From Nemertoderma westbladi (taxonomy: Eukaryota > Animalia > Xenacoelomorpha), in the NCBI GenBank assembly GCA_032718475.1, contig JAUCBJ010007737.1, positions 1 to 39,605 on the forward strand: 39,605 nt of DNA, given 5' to 3'. The notes beneath the pieces were generated by a model. The model was not told where the DNA came from. It saw nothing but the letters and a program-made list of their open reading frames with translations, and made no database searches. This document shows positions 12,701-23,322 of this stretch, one piece after another. The position numbers were made by a program, and so were the translations under genes. The first letter of the stretch is position 1. Every line of letters starts with the position of its first letter.

Positions 12701-14244
12701 GTCCAAGTAAGTGTCGGCTATACTAACACTGTCCAAGTAAGTGTCGGCTATACTAACATTGTCCAAGTAAGTGTCGGCTATACTAACACTGTCCAAGTAA
12801 GTGTCGGCTATACTAACACTGTCCAAGTAAGTGTCGGATATACTAACACTGTCCAAGTAAGTGTCGGCTATACTAACACTGTCCGAGTAAGTGTCGGCTA
12901 TACTAACACTGTCCGAGTAAGTGTCGGCTATATTAACACTGTCCAAGTAAGTGTCGGCTATACTAACACTGTCCAAGTAAGTGTCGGCTATACTAACACT
13001 GTCCAAGTAAGTGTCGGCTATACTAACACTGTCCAAGTAAGTGTCGGCTATACTAACACTGTCCAAGTAATTGTCGGCTATACTAACACTGTCCAAGTAA
13101 GTGTCGGCTATACTAACACTGTCCAAGTAAGTGTCGGCTATACTAACACTGTCCAAGTAAGTGTCGGCTATACTAACACTGTCCAAGTAAGTGTCGGCTA
13201 TACTAACACTGTCCAAGTAAGTGTCGGCTATACTAACACTGTCCAAGTAAGTGTCGGCTATACTAACACTGTCCAAGTAAGTGTCGGATATACTAACACT
13301 GTCCAAGTAAGTGTCGGCTATACTAACACTGTCCGAGTAAGTGTCGGCTATATTAACACTGTCCAAGTAAGTGTCGGCTATACTAACACTGTCCAAGTAA
13401 GTGTCGGCTATACTAACACTGTCCGAGTAAGTGTCGGCTATATTAACACTGTCCAAGTAAGTGTCGGATATACTAACACTGTCCAAGTAAGTGTCGGCTA
13501 TACTAACACTGTCCAAGTAAGTGTCGGATATACTAACACTGTCCAAGTAAGTGTCGGCTATACTAACACTGTCCAAGTAAGTGTCGGCTATACTAACACT
13601 GTCCAAGTAAGTATCGGCTATACTAACACTAACACTGTCCAAGTAAGTGTCGGCTATACTAACACTGTCCAAGTAAGTGTCGGCTATACTAACATTGTCC
13701 AAGTAAGTGTCGGCTATACTAACACTGTCCGAGTAAGTGTCGGCTATATTAACACTGTCCAAGTAAGTGTCGGCTATACTAACACTGTCCAAGTAAGTGT
13801 CGGCTATACTAACACTGTCCGAGTAAGTGTCGGCTATACTAACACTGTCCAAGTAAGTGTCGGATATACTAACACTGTCCAAGTAAGTGTCGGATATACT
13901 AACACTGTCCAAGTAAGTGTCGGCTATACTAACACTGTCCAAGTAAGTGTCGGATATACTAACACTGTCCAAGTAAGTGTCGGCTATACTAACACTGTCC
14001 AAGTAAGTGTCGGCTATACTAACACTGTCCGAGTAAGTGTCGGCTATATTAACACTGTCCAAGTAAGTGTCGGATATACTAACACTGTCCAAGTAAGTGT
14101 CGGCTATACTAACACTGTCCAAGTAAGTGTCGGATATACTAACACTGTCCAAGTAAGTGTCGGCTATACTAACACTGTCCAAGTAAGTGTCGGCTATACT
14201 AACACTGTCCGAGTAAGTGTCGGCTATACTAACACTGTCCGAGT
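9743..14244. repeat. 30-bp minisatellite (~150 copies) filling BAP18 intron 2; unit = last 11 nt of exon 2 + first 19 nt of intron 2
   Basis: Plus-strand unit AACACTGTCCAAGTAAGTGTCGGCTATACT; sense unit ACT(T/C)GGACAGT|GTTAGTATAGCCGACACTT. The array ends inside exon 2 at 14244. Confidence 0.98.
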
Positions 14245-14436
14245 TTTTATCGTTTCGGATATCCTGTTTATATCGTCACCGAATCTTTTCACAGCTGTTC
14301 GCAGCTGTTCCGTTTCCCCCGTTGTCCATTTCTTACTGATTGTCTGCTGGTTGGAATCACTCAACGGATGAAGTTGCATCGTCAACTCGCCCAGTTTAGC
14401 GAACGCCTCCCCGGCTGCTGTAAAGATCTCCGCGAC
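14234..14436 (-). CDS. BAP18: BAP18/C17orf49-like protein, exon 2 (SANT/Myb-like domain)
   Basis: Translates to VAEIFTAAGEAFAKLGELTMQLHPLSDSNQQTISKKWTTGETEQLRTAVKRFGDDINRISETIKTRT(V), closely matching the recalled human BAP18 N-terminus (KVGEIFSAAGAAFTKLGELTMQLHP..KWT..LR.AVKRFGDD). AG acceptor at 14438-14437, GTTAGT donor at 14233-14228. Missed by the ORF track. Confidence 0.95.
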
Positions 14437-14746
14437 CTTTAAAAGGTAATAACATAGTGACGCGGCAAATATTTAGTAAAACGAAAGAATTGAAGCTAAC
14501 TAAAGGGATATAGATCTTACTTTATCAATTATAATCTAAAAATGGATACTTTATATAGATAACAGTAATTATGGATAGGTGAGCCTTATCTGACAAACCA
14601 ACCGCAACCACCCCAATCAAACTGAGCAAACCTACATAAACAACAAACTAGAATACAGATTCTTTCAGTTATATTTTATTTTAATTTTACTTTATTGACG
14701 GCACAAACTTCATATTTCTTACCACAAACATCTGCTATCCGCTTAC

Positions 14747-14788
14747 CTTCGCCGATGGACTGGATGAAGTTGTTGCTTCGTTACTCAT
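14747..14788 (-). CDS. BAP18: BAP18/C17orf49-like protein, exon 1 (MSNEATTSSSPSAK); spliced CDS 750 nt, 249 aa
   Basis: ATG at 14788 (an alternative in-frame ATG at 14794), strong AAG|GTAAGC donor; the phase-0 join gives SAK|VAEIF, equivalent to human STK-VGEIF. Confidence 0.85.
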
Positions 14789-16529
14789 TATCATTCGTTG
14801 TCACATAAAACAATAAAGTCAGAATTAATATGTTGTTGATGACCGTTGAGTCGAAGCAGTGGCGTAATGTACAATATTTATTTAAAATTCAACATAAAAA
14901 GATTCAATGTATGTAATATAATATTAATTCAGGTACCAGCAATACATCACTGACCACTAACTAACCAGTCCAGTATATGTAGGCTTACAGGCTTAGAACT
15001 TACAATTAAACTAGTTATAGTGTGACCGTACCATCTTAGCGTCGGTAAAACCCACGTACCGGTACCTATTTAAAATATTAACATATACCCAAGGCGTATT
15101 ACATTCAGTATGTAGGGCGTAGGCCTTGTGCCTAAGAACTACTGGTATGTTAAGTAAGAGTTAAACTGCAGAACAGAACTAGCAAGTGGTAGGCCTAACA
15201 ATAATATGCTCCAAAGCTGCATAGCATAGCATAAGTCAGTCAGTCAGTATACTGTGTTAACAGTAAATTCAACTTTAAGCCTAACATTTTTGAATTTCCC
15301 GCCGATGAATAAACAAATCCCACTTCTACCGGTGGTACTGCGATAGGCTACTGATGTATCTGTATTCTTAGGACTGTCAGACTGTAGGACAACTGAATCA
15401 ATAATCCAGCCAATAAGATAACCTTCACCATCCATTAGACCCTGACACCACACCAGTCTGCCTCTGCCAGTACAACCACTCTGTTCTTCTCGTTCATCGT
15501 CCTCTGGCTCTGACTGTTAATGCCACATTCAACCACAACACTAACCTGTCAGCCTGTTAATACTACTGACTATGAACGGATGAATGCGGAATGATAACCA
15601 AAATTTAACTCATACGGTACCTAACCTATCACGCATCCTTGTTGGTTTCAGCTGCTTTGAAAATCGCTTACAGGCTTGAAATACCAGTTTCTTAAAAGTT
15701 GAACTAGTTTGTACGGAGATACGACAGTACGAATACCGACGCAGTGTACCGTCCATCGCTAAACATAACTACCGGTAGTCCGGTAGCTAGGTAACGAACG
15801 CTATTTACCTTACACCTTACCGCCTTATTTTAAGCATTTAAGTAAGTAATGTGTTTAGTAATGCAGTGTAGTGTATTAAAGGTATGATGTGCTGTCATGG
15901 TGTACCGAATGTGTAGCAGTCAAAAGAAATGGAAACATACAGATTTCTATACAGTCGGTTTATCTGTCCTGGTTTAGTAAGGTAGCCTACCGGTACTATT
16001 TCTTGATTTAGACTAAATGGTACTGCAGTAAATCTGTACATTGAACACGTATTTTCGTCCGTGGAACTCGTTTAATATGTTCCCTATATAATATTGTACG
16101 TATTCCCTCCACAACATACTAAACATGATAACAATGGATAGGCCTGTAATAACCTAGACACACAACTGCATCAGTGTACCGGTATGGAGTTTACGGATAG
16201 TGCAGTAAGATGCCTAAGTTATAGAATTAGCAATGTAAATTTGCTTGCTGTACAAATAGCATTTCAAAACAAAACTGCGAAACTGAAAGTGAAACAACCA
16301 CTAATCAGGCCTGCAGGACTGCTATCACTTTTTGCTTTATTTACTATCGTAGTAAGTAAAGTTGTAAGTTGCATTGTAATTAGGGCATTTTTCAAATAAT
16401 GAAGGGCGTTATGATAAAATTAACGGAATGTAATTTTACTTTCAGCTCGAAATAATATTGCTCAAATTTTGTGTGGATTTCGTTAGCAACGTTAATGTAA
16501 ATAATGTACTGGGGTGTATATAACAGCTT

Positions 16530-16885
16530 GTTATTCGGATGGGCGATCGACGAAAGTAGACATGCGATTCACATAAGGGTACCGCTGTTTCCCTGTTTCA
16601 ACCGTCGCCTGTCGGTCGGTCGGTCTGTCTGTCGGTCTGTATGTCGTTTATCGACAAATATTTCAAGGCTAACATATCAATCATCGGTGAAATTAAACCA
16701 AACTGGTACACATATCGTCTGTCAAAATAGGAAATATACAGTAAATTGCATGGAGAGGGGGGGGGGGGGGGGGGGGGGGCTCAGCAGTTATCCAGTCACT
16801 CGCTAGATGACGACAATGCAACGTTTGGAATAGTAATATAGGTACCCATATGCTAAGCTTGCTTACTTTCATAAGCAATCTTTAT
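16530..16885. mobile_element. Helentron/DINE-1-like non-autonomous element
   Basis: Sub-terminal inverted repeat CATAAGGGTACC (16572-16583) / GGTACCCATATG (16841-16852), (GTCG/GTCT)n microsatellite at ~16610-16645, and terminal stem-loop TTGCTTA..TAAGCAA (16859-16878). Confidence 0.6.
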
Positions 16886-17084
16886 TAACGCTGTATATAA
16901 TATTGACTCCCTCGGTCTTTTTGTTTGCTCTATTGTTATTCTTTCGCACACATCTACTGTAGATGAAATCTCGCTACTGTACCTCGTTAGAAAAGTCTCG
17001 CTCTAACTCGTTTCAATGTAATGCACAGCGTCGAATACAGTTCCACAGTCTGCCGCTAGAGGGCGAAATGTCTCATACATCGTG

Positions 17085-17600
17085 ACAAGAGCATCACCGC
17101 GAATCCAGCCAGGCACCTAACTGATATAGAGATTGCTGATGACTTATGAGTACTCGCAGAATCACCAGAGGGAGCCCAATGGCTCCTCGGCTCATTAGAA
17201 CAGGCTGCTTCTAGTTTTGGCCTTTTTTTTAACTCCAAGAGGACCAAACTTTTGAGAGTTAACTTCGTCAGTCCTCATGAAATGTCTGATCGTTTGAGCA
17301 TAAGCTCTAAGGAATGTGTGCTTGAGCATATGGATGAGTGTATGGTTTTAGGCCTACCTGGGAACATATACGCAAGTCTGGTGAGGATGTTGTCTGTGGA
17401 AGTTACATACATAGAATACGCAGGAAACTTACGTTGGTTCAATCATTTAGAGCAGCAGTAGAACCAGTACTCCTTTATCGGAGTACTGTATACGTGTATA
17501 TGGGAGTTGTTCACTTAGGTTGTGAAATTAAATGTCCGCTCAGCATCTTTGGAAGAAGTTAACAATTTTGATATCAGGGGATAAACTCCTCAGAGGAAAA
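17085..17600 (+). mobile_element. Degenerate RTE-like non-LTR retrotransposon reverse transcriptase fragment
   Basis: HLTDIEIADDL*VLAESPEGAQWLLGSLEQAASSFGLFF/NSKRTKLL (xADD catalytic motif region) and later SFRAAVEPVLLY; stops and frameshifts present. Confidence 0.8.
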
Positions 17601-17997
17601 ATCCCTTACTGTAGGCCTACACAAACAATAGGCGATAAAATAGGTATGGTAAGGGTAACTTCCATTTCAATAAGTTTTATATAATTATTTACTGTCAAAT
17701 ATAAACAGCTGTTTACTCTGCCATAGTAATATTGCCATATACTGGGGATAGGATATACTTACAAGTTGCTAGCATTTTAATTTTCGTGTTAAATCTGTTT
17801 CATTATTTCCGTTGCTGTGGTACATGTAACTGATATTTTTCCCGGACATACCGCTACAATATCGAATAACGGCGGCCTATTGTTACCAACATTCTATGCA
17901 AATTTCAAGAGATTTTATGGGGCGGTTTTGTCTTCACTGAATAATAATGTCGATATTATTGTGGTGTGCGGTAGTAAGTTTGTAGAAAAGACTCATT

Positions 17998-18227
17998 GCA
18001 TGTATCCGTGGAACCCATCGGGAGGTCATCCGGGTATCCATCCGCATATCACCCGGCGCCCCACAGATCCATATGCATTCCCGTGGATCACTCTGATAGT
18101 CCCTCCTGTGATCCCTTAGTGGAGGGATCCGTGGATCTTCCTGTGGATCCATCCGCAGATTCAATGTGTATCAATCCGCGGTTTCCTTTGTTGATCCCTT
18201 TGTTGTTCTTCCATCCGCGGATCCACA
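17998..18227. repeat. Degenerate ATCCGCGGATCC/GATCC-rich low-complexity repeat
   Basis: Many irregularly spaced ATCC(G/C)/GGATCC motifs in about 230 bp. Confidence 0.55.
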
Positions 18228-18280
18228 CTATGATATATTGATATCGTACAGTATAATGCTATCGAAGTTATACTGTAAGA

Positions 18281-19418
18281 TATGGTGGACCTGAGCCTCC
18301 AATTTTTGTAATCTTTTTGTTTGTTCCCCCGAATTTTGCAAACTCGTTCGAACGACTTTACAAAACTCAGGGAAACACATCTAATTGGTTGGAGTGGTTT
18401 CTATACCAACAAACACCTAATCAAGTTTGTTTCCTCGACTTTTGCAGTAGATGCAATTGTCTTAGAGGCACTGGTTGGTAGATAAAAGGAAAGTGATCGG
18501 CAAACGTGTGAAACACCGAACGCAACCCAAAGGCTCCTCGGTCTTGGCTGTAACGTATATCGCAGGGAGGGCGCCACAATAACTCCCAAGGTTGAACACA
18601 CCGTAAACATCCAACCCTTTTTCTTTACTCCCCTAACATAAACATAATTTAATTGATATAAGCTCGGCATGGGATCGAAACCGCAACCACCTAGCAAGTA
18701 GCAAATCGAGTAACTACACTATCACCAAGTTGGCAGATAAGTACAACAATGGCATCTGTGGATTGTCATGGTTTGGGAATAGGACAGGAGGGTACCAGGT
18801 GTCTTTATTTGTATTTCCTTTTATTTATCTTTTAGTGTGAGCGAATAACACCAAACCAATAAAAGACATAATTAAGGGAGTAGCAACAGTGGATGTAATA
18901 TTGGCTACCGATTCGATAAAAAAAGGTTATCAAAGAGACTGCAGCTTCAGTCTGATTGGCTAAATTATGGAAACAAACTTGATTGGATGTCAGTTGATAT
19001 AGAAACCATTCCAGCCAATTAGATTTGTTTCCTCGGGTTTTGTAAAGTCGTTCGAACGTGTTTACAAAAAAAGTTGGGGAAGCAAACTTGATTGGATGTC
19101 AGTTGATATAGAAACCACTCCAGCCAATTAGATTTGTTTCCCCGAGTTTTGTAAAGTCGTTCGAACGAGTTTGCAAAAGTCGGGAGAACAAAAAAAAGAT
19201 TACAAAAAACAAATTTTTGTTTTGCTGAGTTTTGTAAAGTCATTCGAACGAGTTTGCAAAAGTCGGGGAAGCAAACTTGATTGGGTGTTTGTTGGCATAG
19301 AAACCACTCCAGCCAATTCGATTTGTTTCCCCGAGTTTTGTAAAGTCGTTCGAACGAGTTTGCAAAAGTCGGGGGAACAAAAAAAAGATTACAAAACTGG
19401 CCGCTCAGGGCCACCATA
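18281..19418. mobile_element. Foldback-type non-autonomous DNA transposon, IS3EU-like termini
   Basis: Ends TATGGTGGACCTGAGC / GCTCAGGGCCACCATA; flanks GTAAGA / GTAAGT (6-bp TSD, 5/6 match). The left arm (~165 bp) is inverted relative to a right arm (~18970-19418) made of internally duplicated modules. Confidence 0.8.
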
Positions 19419-19644
19419 GTAAGTAGGAATCCTTTATGGGAGCCTCTGCTTGGCCTTTTCTGGAGAAGACACCATATCCCTAAATATATTTTCGGTCCGC
19501 TTCACTGTCATTGTGTAGCGCGTTGATATATAAGACGGCGAAGTACATTAGTACAAGTACGAAGTACAAGTACATTATGACGTAAATTGCGAACACACCG
19601 TGCAAGTTATCCCGTTGTATTTCCAGGTTTACCTTTTAAATGAT

Positions 19645-19712
19645 CGCTATCGGAATGGTAAGACAGGCAGACTTCCAACCCGGAGGTCACCAGTTCGATC
19701 CCACTTGGACGT
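19645..19712 (+). other. tRNA-like SINE head/pseudo-tRNA
   Basis: ..GAATGGTAAGACAGGCAGACTTCCAACCCGGAGGTCACCAGTTCGATCCCAC has A-box-like and B-box (GTTCGATCC) motifs at tRNA spacing; no intact cloverleaf. Confidence 0.4.
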
Positions 19713-20211
19713 CAATACCGATTTGCTAAGCTGTGAATACCAAAAATTATAATAATATGAAATCAGTCATTCACTCAAAATACTAATAATAACTATAAGC
19801 AAAGCATACCATTATGTCACTAAGCACTAACTATAGCCCATCCACTCAAACGTAAAAATAGTTCTTAATAACAAATGAATCACCCCCCCACCCGTCCTAC
19901 AATGAAATTATGTCGTTATAACAATACAGTATATCACAATCGAAGTGGTGGTATATACTGTACTTAATGGAAGTGGTGGTGTACAGTTCAGTATTATTTC
20001 ATGTGCAGAATGGCCTTATACTGTAAACAGACCAGTGCAGTGTCGCAGATGGTTGCGCTTCACAGCTCCAACAAATTCTATATAGCCACTAAATCTAATA
20101 ATAACAATACGAAATTATAGTGGTGATATTATTATTTAATTACAGTAATAATAATGCTGATATATTGTTATTTAATTTATTATTTATTGTGCATGAGATC
20201 TACTTGTTAAC

Positions 20212-21853
20212 ATGAGAGCCATTCGATTGTTTAAATTGCTATTGGTTCCATTTATCATCGTTTATGTAATATTTATTTTGATTATAATAATTAATGTGGC
20301 AACCAATGTTAGAGTGAGAGACGAAATTAAGTTGTTCAAATATTCATCTCGTGAGCGAATTAATGATGTTTTTCCTGCAGACAATAGCAAATCAGGATCT
20401 TATTCCTCGAAAAATATTCAATCAGATCATGAAAAAACAATAAAAAATATCAGCAAATTAAATCTAAACTTTAAGAAATATACCAAAGGTAACTTACATG
20501 AGAATTTAGCCTCAGAATCTAGAACAAGTAAGGCTGGGCTTGTTCTATTCTCTCCGATGGTTAGTGAATTTGTGGTAGCCGGCCCCGGGGAGATGGGAGC
20601 TGCGGTCACACTAAACTCTAGCGAATCACACCTCAGTAAATCCCGATGGAAAGAGAACCAGTTTAACATCGTAGCCAATGAGAAGATGCGGTTAGTCCGA
20701 ACGTTGGGCGACTACCGGGACCCGTTGTGTCGAGGCCGGTCCTATCCGGCGGATCTGCCGACCGCGTCGTTGGTAATTGGTTTCTATAACGAGGGTTTAT
20801 TCCCGTTGCTTCGCACGGCGCAGAGTTGCTGGATGCGAGCCCCGATCGAGATGCTGCGCGAGGTGATCCTAGTGGACGACGGGAGTGAACGTAGCGAACT
20901 CAAAGATAAACTCAATCGATTTGCAGCCATTCTATTCCCCGGAAAAGTAAAAGTAATACATCTCGCAGAGCGGGTTGGACTTATGGGCGCGCGGACCGTG
21001 GGAGCCGATGCGTCATCGAGTGACGTCATCGTATTCCTAGACTCACACTGCGAGTGCGACCACGGTTGGTTGGAACCGCTTCTAGAACGTATTTATTATA
21101 ATTATAAGACCATAGCGGTGCCTATTATCGATGTTATTGACGACGATAGTATGGCTTACAATCCGAAGGGTATTAAGCTTTATTACGGAGAATTCACATG
21201 GACTCTAATGTTCACGTGGAAAGGTATTCCTTCGCGGATTAGCGCTGCTAGGAAGTCGCCAATAGAGCCGATAGAGACACCGACAATGCCCGGAGGTCTG
21301 TTCGCGATCCATCGGAAGTGGTGGACCGAGATTGGTAAGTACGATCCGGGTTTGAGGTTCTGGGGGGCGGAGAATCTCGAGATGAGCTTTAAGACGTGGT
21401 TGTGCGGTGGGGCTTTGGAGTTCGTACCGTGTTCTAGAATAGGTCACATATTCAGGAGGAAGTCCCCTTATACTGGCGGAGGTCAGTACAATAACGCTAG
21501 AAGGGTGGCCGAGACCTGGTTGGATGAATATAAGACATTGTATTACGAAGCTATTAACTTAACCCCGTCCAAAAACGTGTCAATAGATGTAGCCGATCGG
21601 TTGATTATTAAAGGGAATCTCGGTTGCAGACCTTTTAGTTGGTATATAAATAAATTCTTTGGTCATTGGAAGATTTCTCGTTTATCAATAGCTTACAAGG
21701 ATTTACAAACAGCCTCCGGCATGTGTGTTGCTAAGGATAACAGACTGCTTATAATATCCGAGTGTAGCCAATCGAATCCCTCCATTAGTTTGACCACGGA
21801 CGGTTGGTTGAAGATAGACTCCTCAATGTGCTTAAAGGGTGACATCAAGAGAG
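20212..21853 (+). CDS. Polypeptide N-acetylgalactosaminyltransferase (GALNT/ppGalNAc-T, GT27), exon 1
   Basis: Type II membrane anchor, stem, GPGEMG, ENQFN, EVILVDD, FLDSHCE (DxH), TPTMPGGLFAI, WGAENLEMS, CSRIGHIFR, start of the ricin-type lectin domain; donor G|GTGAGT at 21854. Paralogue not assignable by eye. Confidence 0.96.
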
Positions 21854-22083
21854 GTGAGTGTGTATTGATTATTTATATTTTCGGCAGTTAGTTCTACTAA
21901 GTAACAGTATAAAGGTTCATATTCTATAATTATTTTTCATGATTTTTCACCGCTTTTAAATAAAGTAAAAAATAAGATTAAGATTTATTATGCATGGGTT
22001 TATTATAATTTTTTAATCGAATATACTTCCTTATTATGTTCACTTATTTTAATTGATGACAATCCGGTATAACTTTACTCTAG

Positions 22084-22274
22084 GTTACAACGTTGTCCCT
22101 TCACGATGTGATGCAGACCCTTACCAACAATGGAACTACAACGCAACTACCGGCTTTTTAGTCAATACAAAGACCGAATTATGTCTGGGGGTGTCGGGAT
22201 TGCTGTCCACGTTAAGTTTGGACAGATGTACTAAATACTCAGACAAATGGAAATTTATGGTCAACTACATATAG
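22084..22274 (+). CDS. GALNT exon 2 (rest of ricin-type beta-trefoil lectin domain); spliced protein 610 aa
   Basis: Acceptor TTTACTCTAG at 22074-22083; the phase-1 join is in frame: GYNVVPSRCDADPYQQWNY..LCL..LDRC..KWKF (CD..QxW repeats). Confidence 0.9.
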
Positions 22275-22381
22275 TTTTGTAACTTAAACTAATCTAAACC
22301 AACAGGCGACATTTCTATGGCATCATATCTGGCTCAAAATTCAATATTTGATTTGGGGTTGCAATATTTAAAAAAATTTCA

Positions 22382-23052
22382 AAATATTGACACAGTTCAG
22401 TTTAAATATTGACACAGTACAGTATAATATTGACACAGTACAATATATAATATTGACACAGTACAATATAATATTGACACAGTACAATATAATATTGACA
22501 CAGTACAGTTTAAATATTGACACAGTACAGTTTAAATATTGACACAGTTCAGTTTAAATATTGACACAGTACAATATAATATTGACACAGTACAATATAA
22601 TATTGACACAGTACAGTTTAAATATTGACACAGTACAATATAATATTGACACAGTACAATATAATATTGACACAGTACAGTTTAAATATTGACACAGTAC
22701 AATATATAATATTGACACAGTACAATATAATATTGACACAGTACAATATAATATTGACACAGTACAGTTGAAATATTGACACAGTACAGTTTAAATATTG
22801 ACACAGTACAGTTTAAATATTGACACAGTACAGTATAAATATTGACACAGTACAGTATAATATTGACACAGTACAATATATAATATTGACACAGTACAAT
22901 ATAATATTGACACAGTACAATATAATATTGACACAGTACAGTTTAAATATTGACACAGTACAGTTTAAATATTGACACAGTTCAGTTTAAATATTGACAC
23001 AGTACAGTTTAAATATTGACACAGTACAGTTTTAATATTGACACAGTACAAT
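22382..23052. repeat. 21-23-bp tandem repeat in the left arm of the foldback element
   Basis: TAAATATTGACACAGTACAGTT / TAATATTGACACAGTACAATA units; inverted copies at ~23457-23585. Confidence 0.95.
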
Positions 23053-23118
23053 ATGAAATGACAATTCAAATTTCCCTCTCCATACATAGGCCTACATACT
23101 ATGTGATTGGAGTTAATC

Positions 23119-23151
23119 CAAGGCGTTCTTAACTTAGTTAAGAACGCCTTG
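23119..23151. mobile_element. 33-bp palindromic micro-insertion with 8-bp TSD (P-superfamily-like CA..TG ends)
   Basis: CAAGGCGTTCTTAACT-T-AGTTAAGAACGCCTTG flanked by AGTTAATC on both sides (23111-23118, 23152-23159). Confidence 0.75.
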
Positions 23152-23255
23152 AGTTAATCCAATGTACCGTACCTCACCAGTACACAGATGTCAGTGCCCT
23201 ACACCATTCCTTATCCTTACTGCCTTAATATAGCAGTAGGCCTATAGTGCCGTAC

Positions 23256-23322
23256 CATGGCCTACTATATTATAATATAGTATATAGTAAGTATAAAAGT
23301 AACTATAATATAGTAGGCCATG
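23256..23322. mobile_element. 67-bp micro-MITE with 19-bp TIRs and 7-bp TSD (CA..TG ends)
   Basis: CATGGCCTACTATATTATA .. TATAATATAGTAGGCCATG flanked by GCCGTAC (23249-23255, 23323-23329). Confidence 0.75.

Noticed and set aside
9726-14182. Long ORFs of 372, 355 and 1119 aa (VSVGYTNTVQ / DSVSIADTYL repeats)
   Set aside because: They are stop-free frames of a 30-bp unit inside an intron, with no ATG start (alternative starts only) and no unique domains; the BAP18 frame itself has TAG in the unit.
15244-15560. Possible upstream exon or ORF 5' of BAP18
   Set aside because: No recognisable homology or convincing splice pairing.
18660-18740. Possible SINE head (minus-strand GGTTTCGATCCC B-box) inside the foldback spacer
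   Set aside because: A-box and stems not convincing.
21854-21891. C-terminal ECVLIIYIFGS of the 559-aa ORF
   Set aside because: Read-through into the intron after a GTGAGT donor; the lectin domain continues in exon 2.
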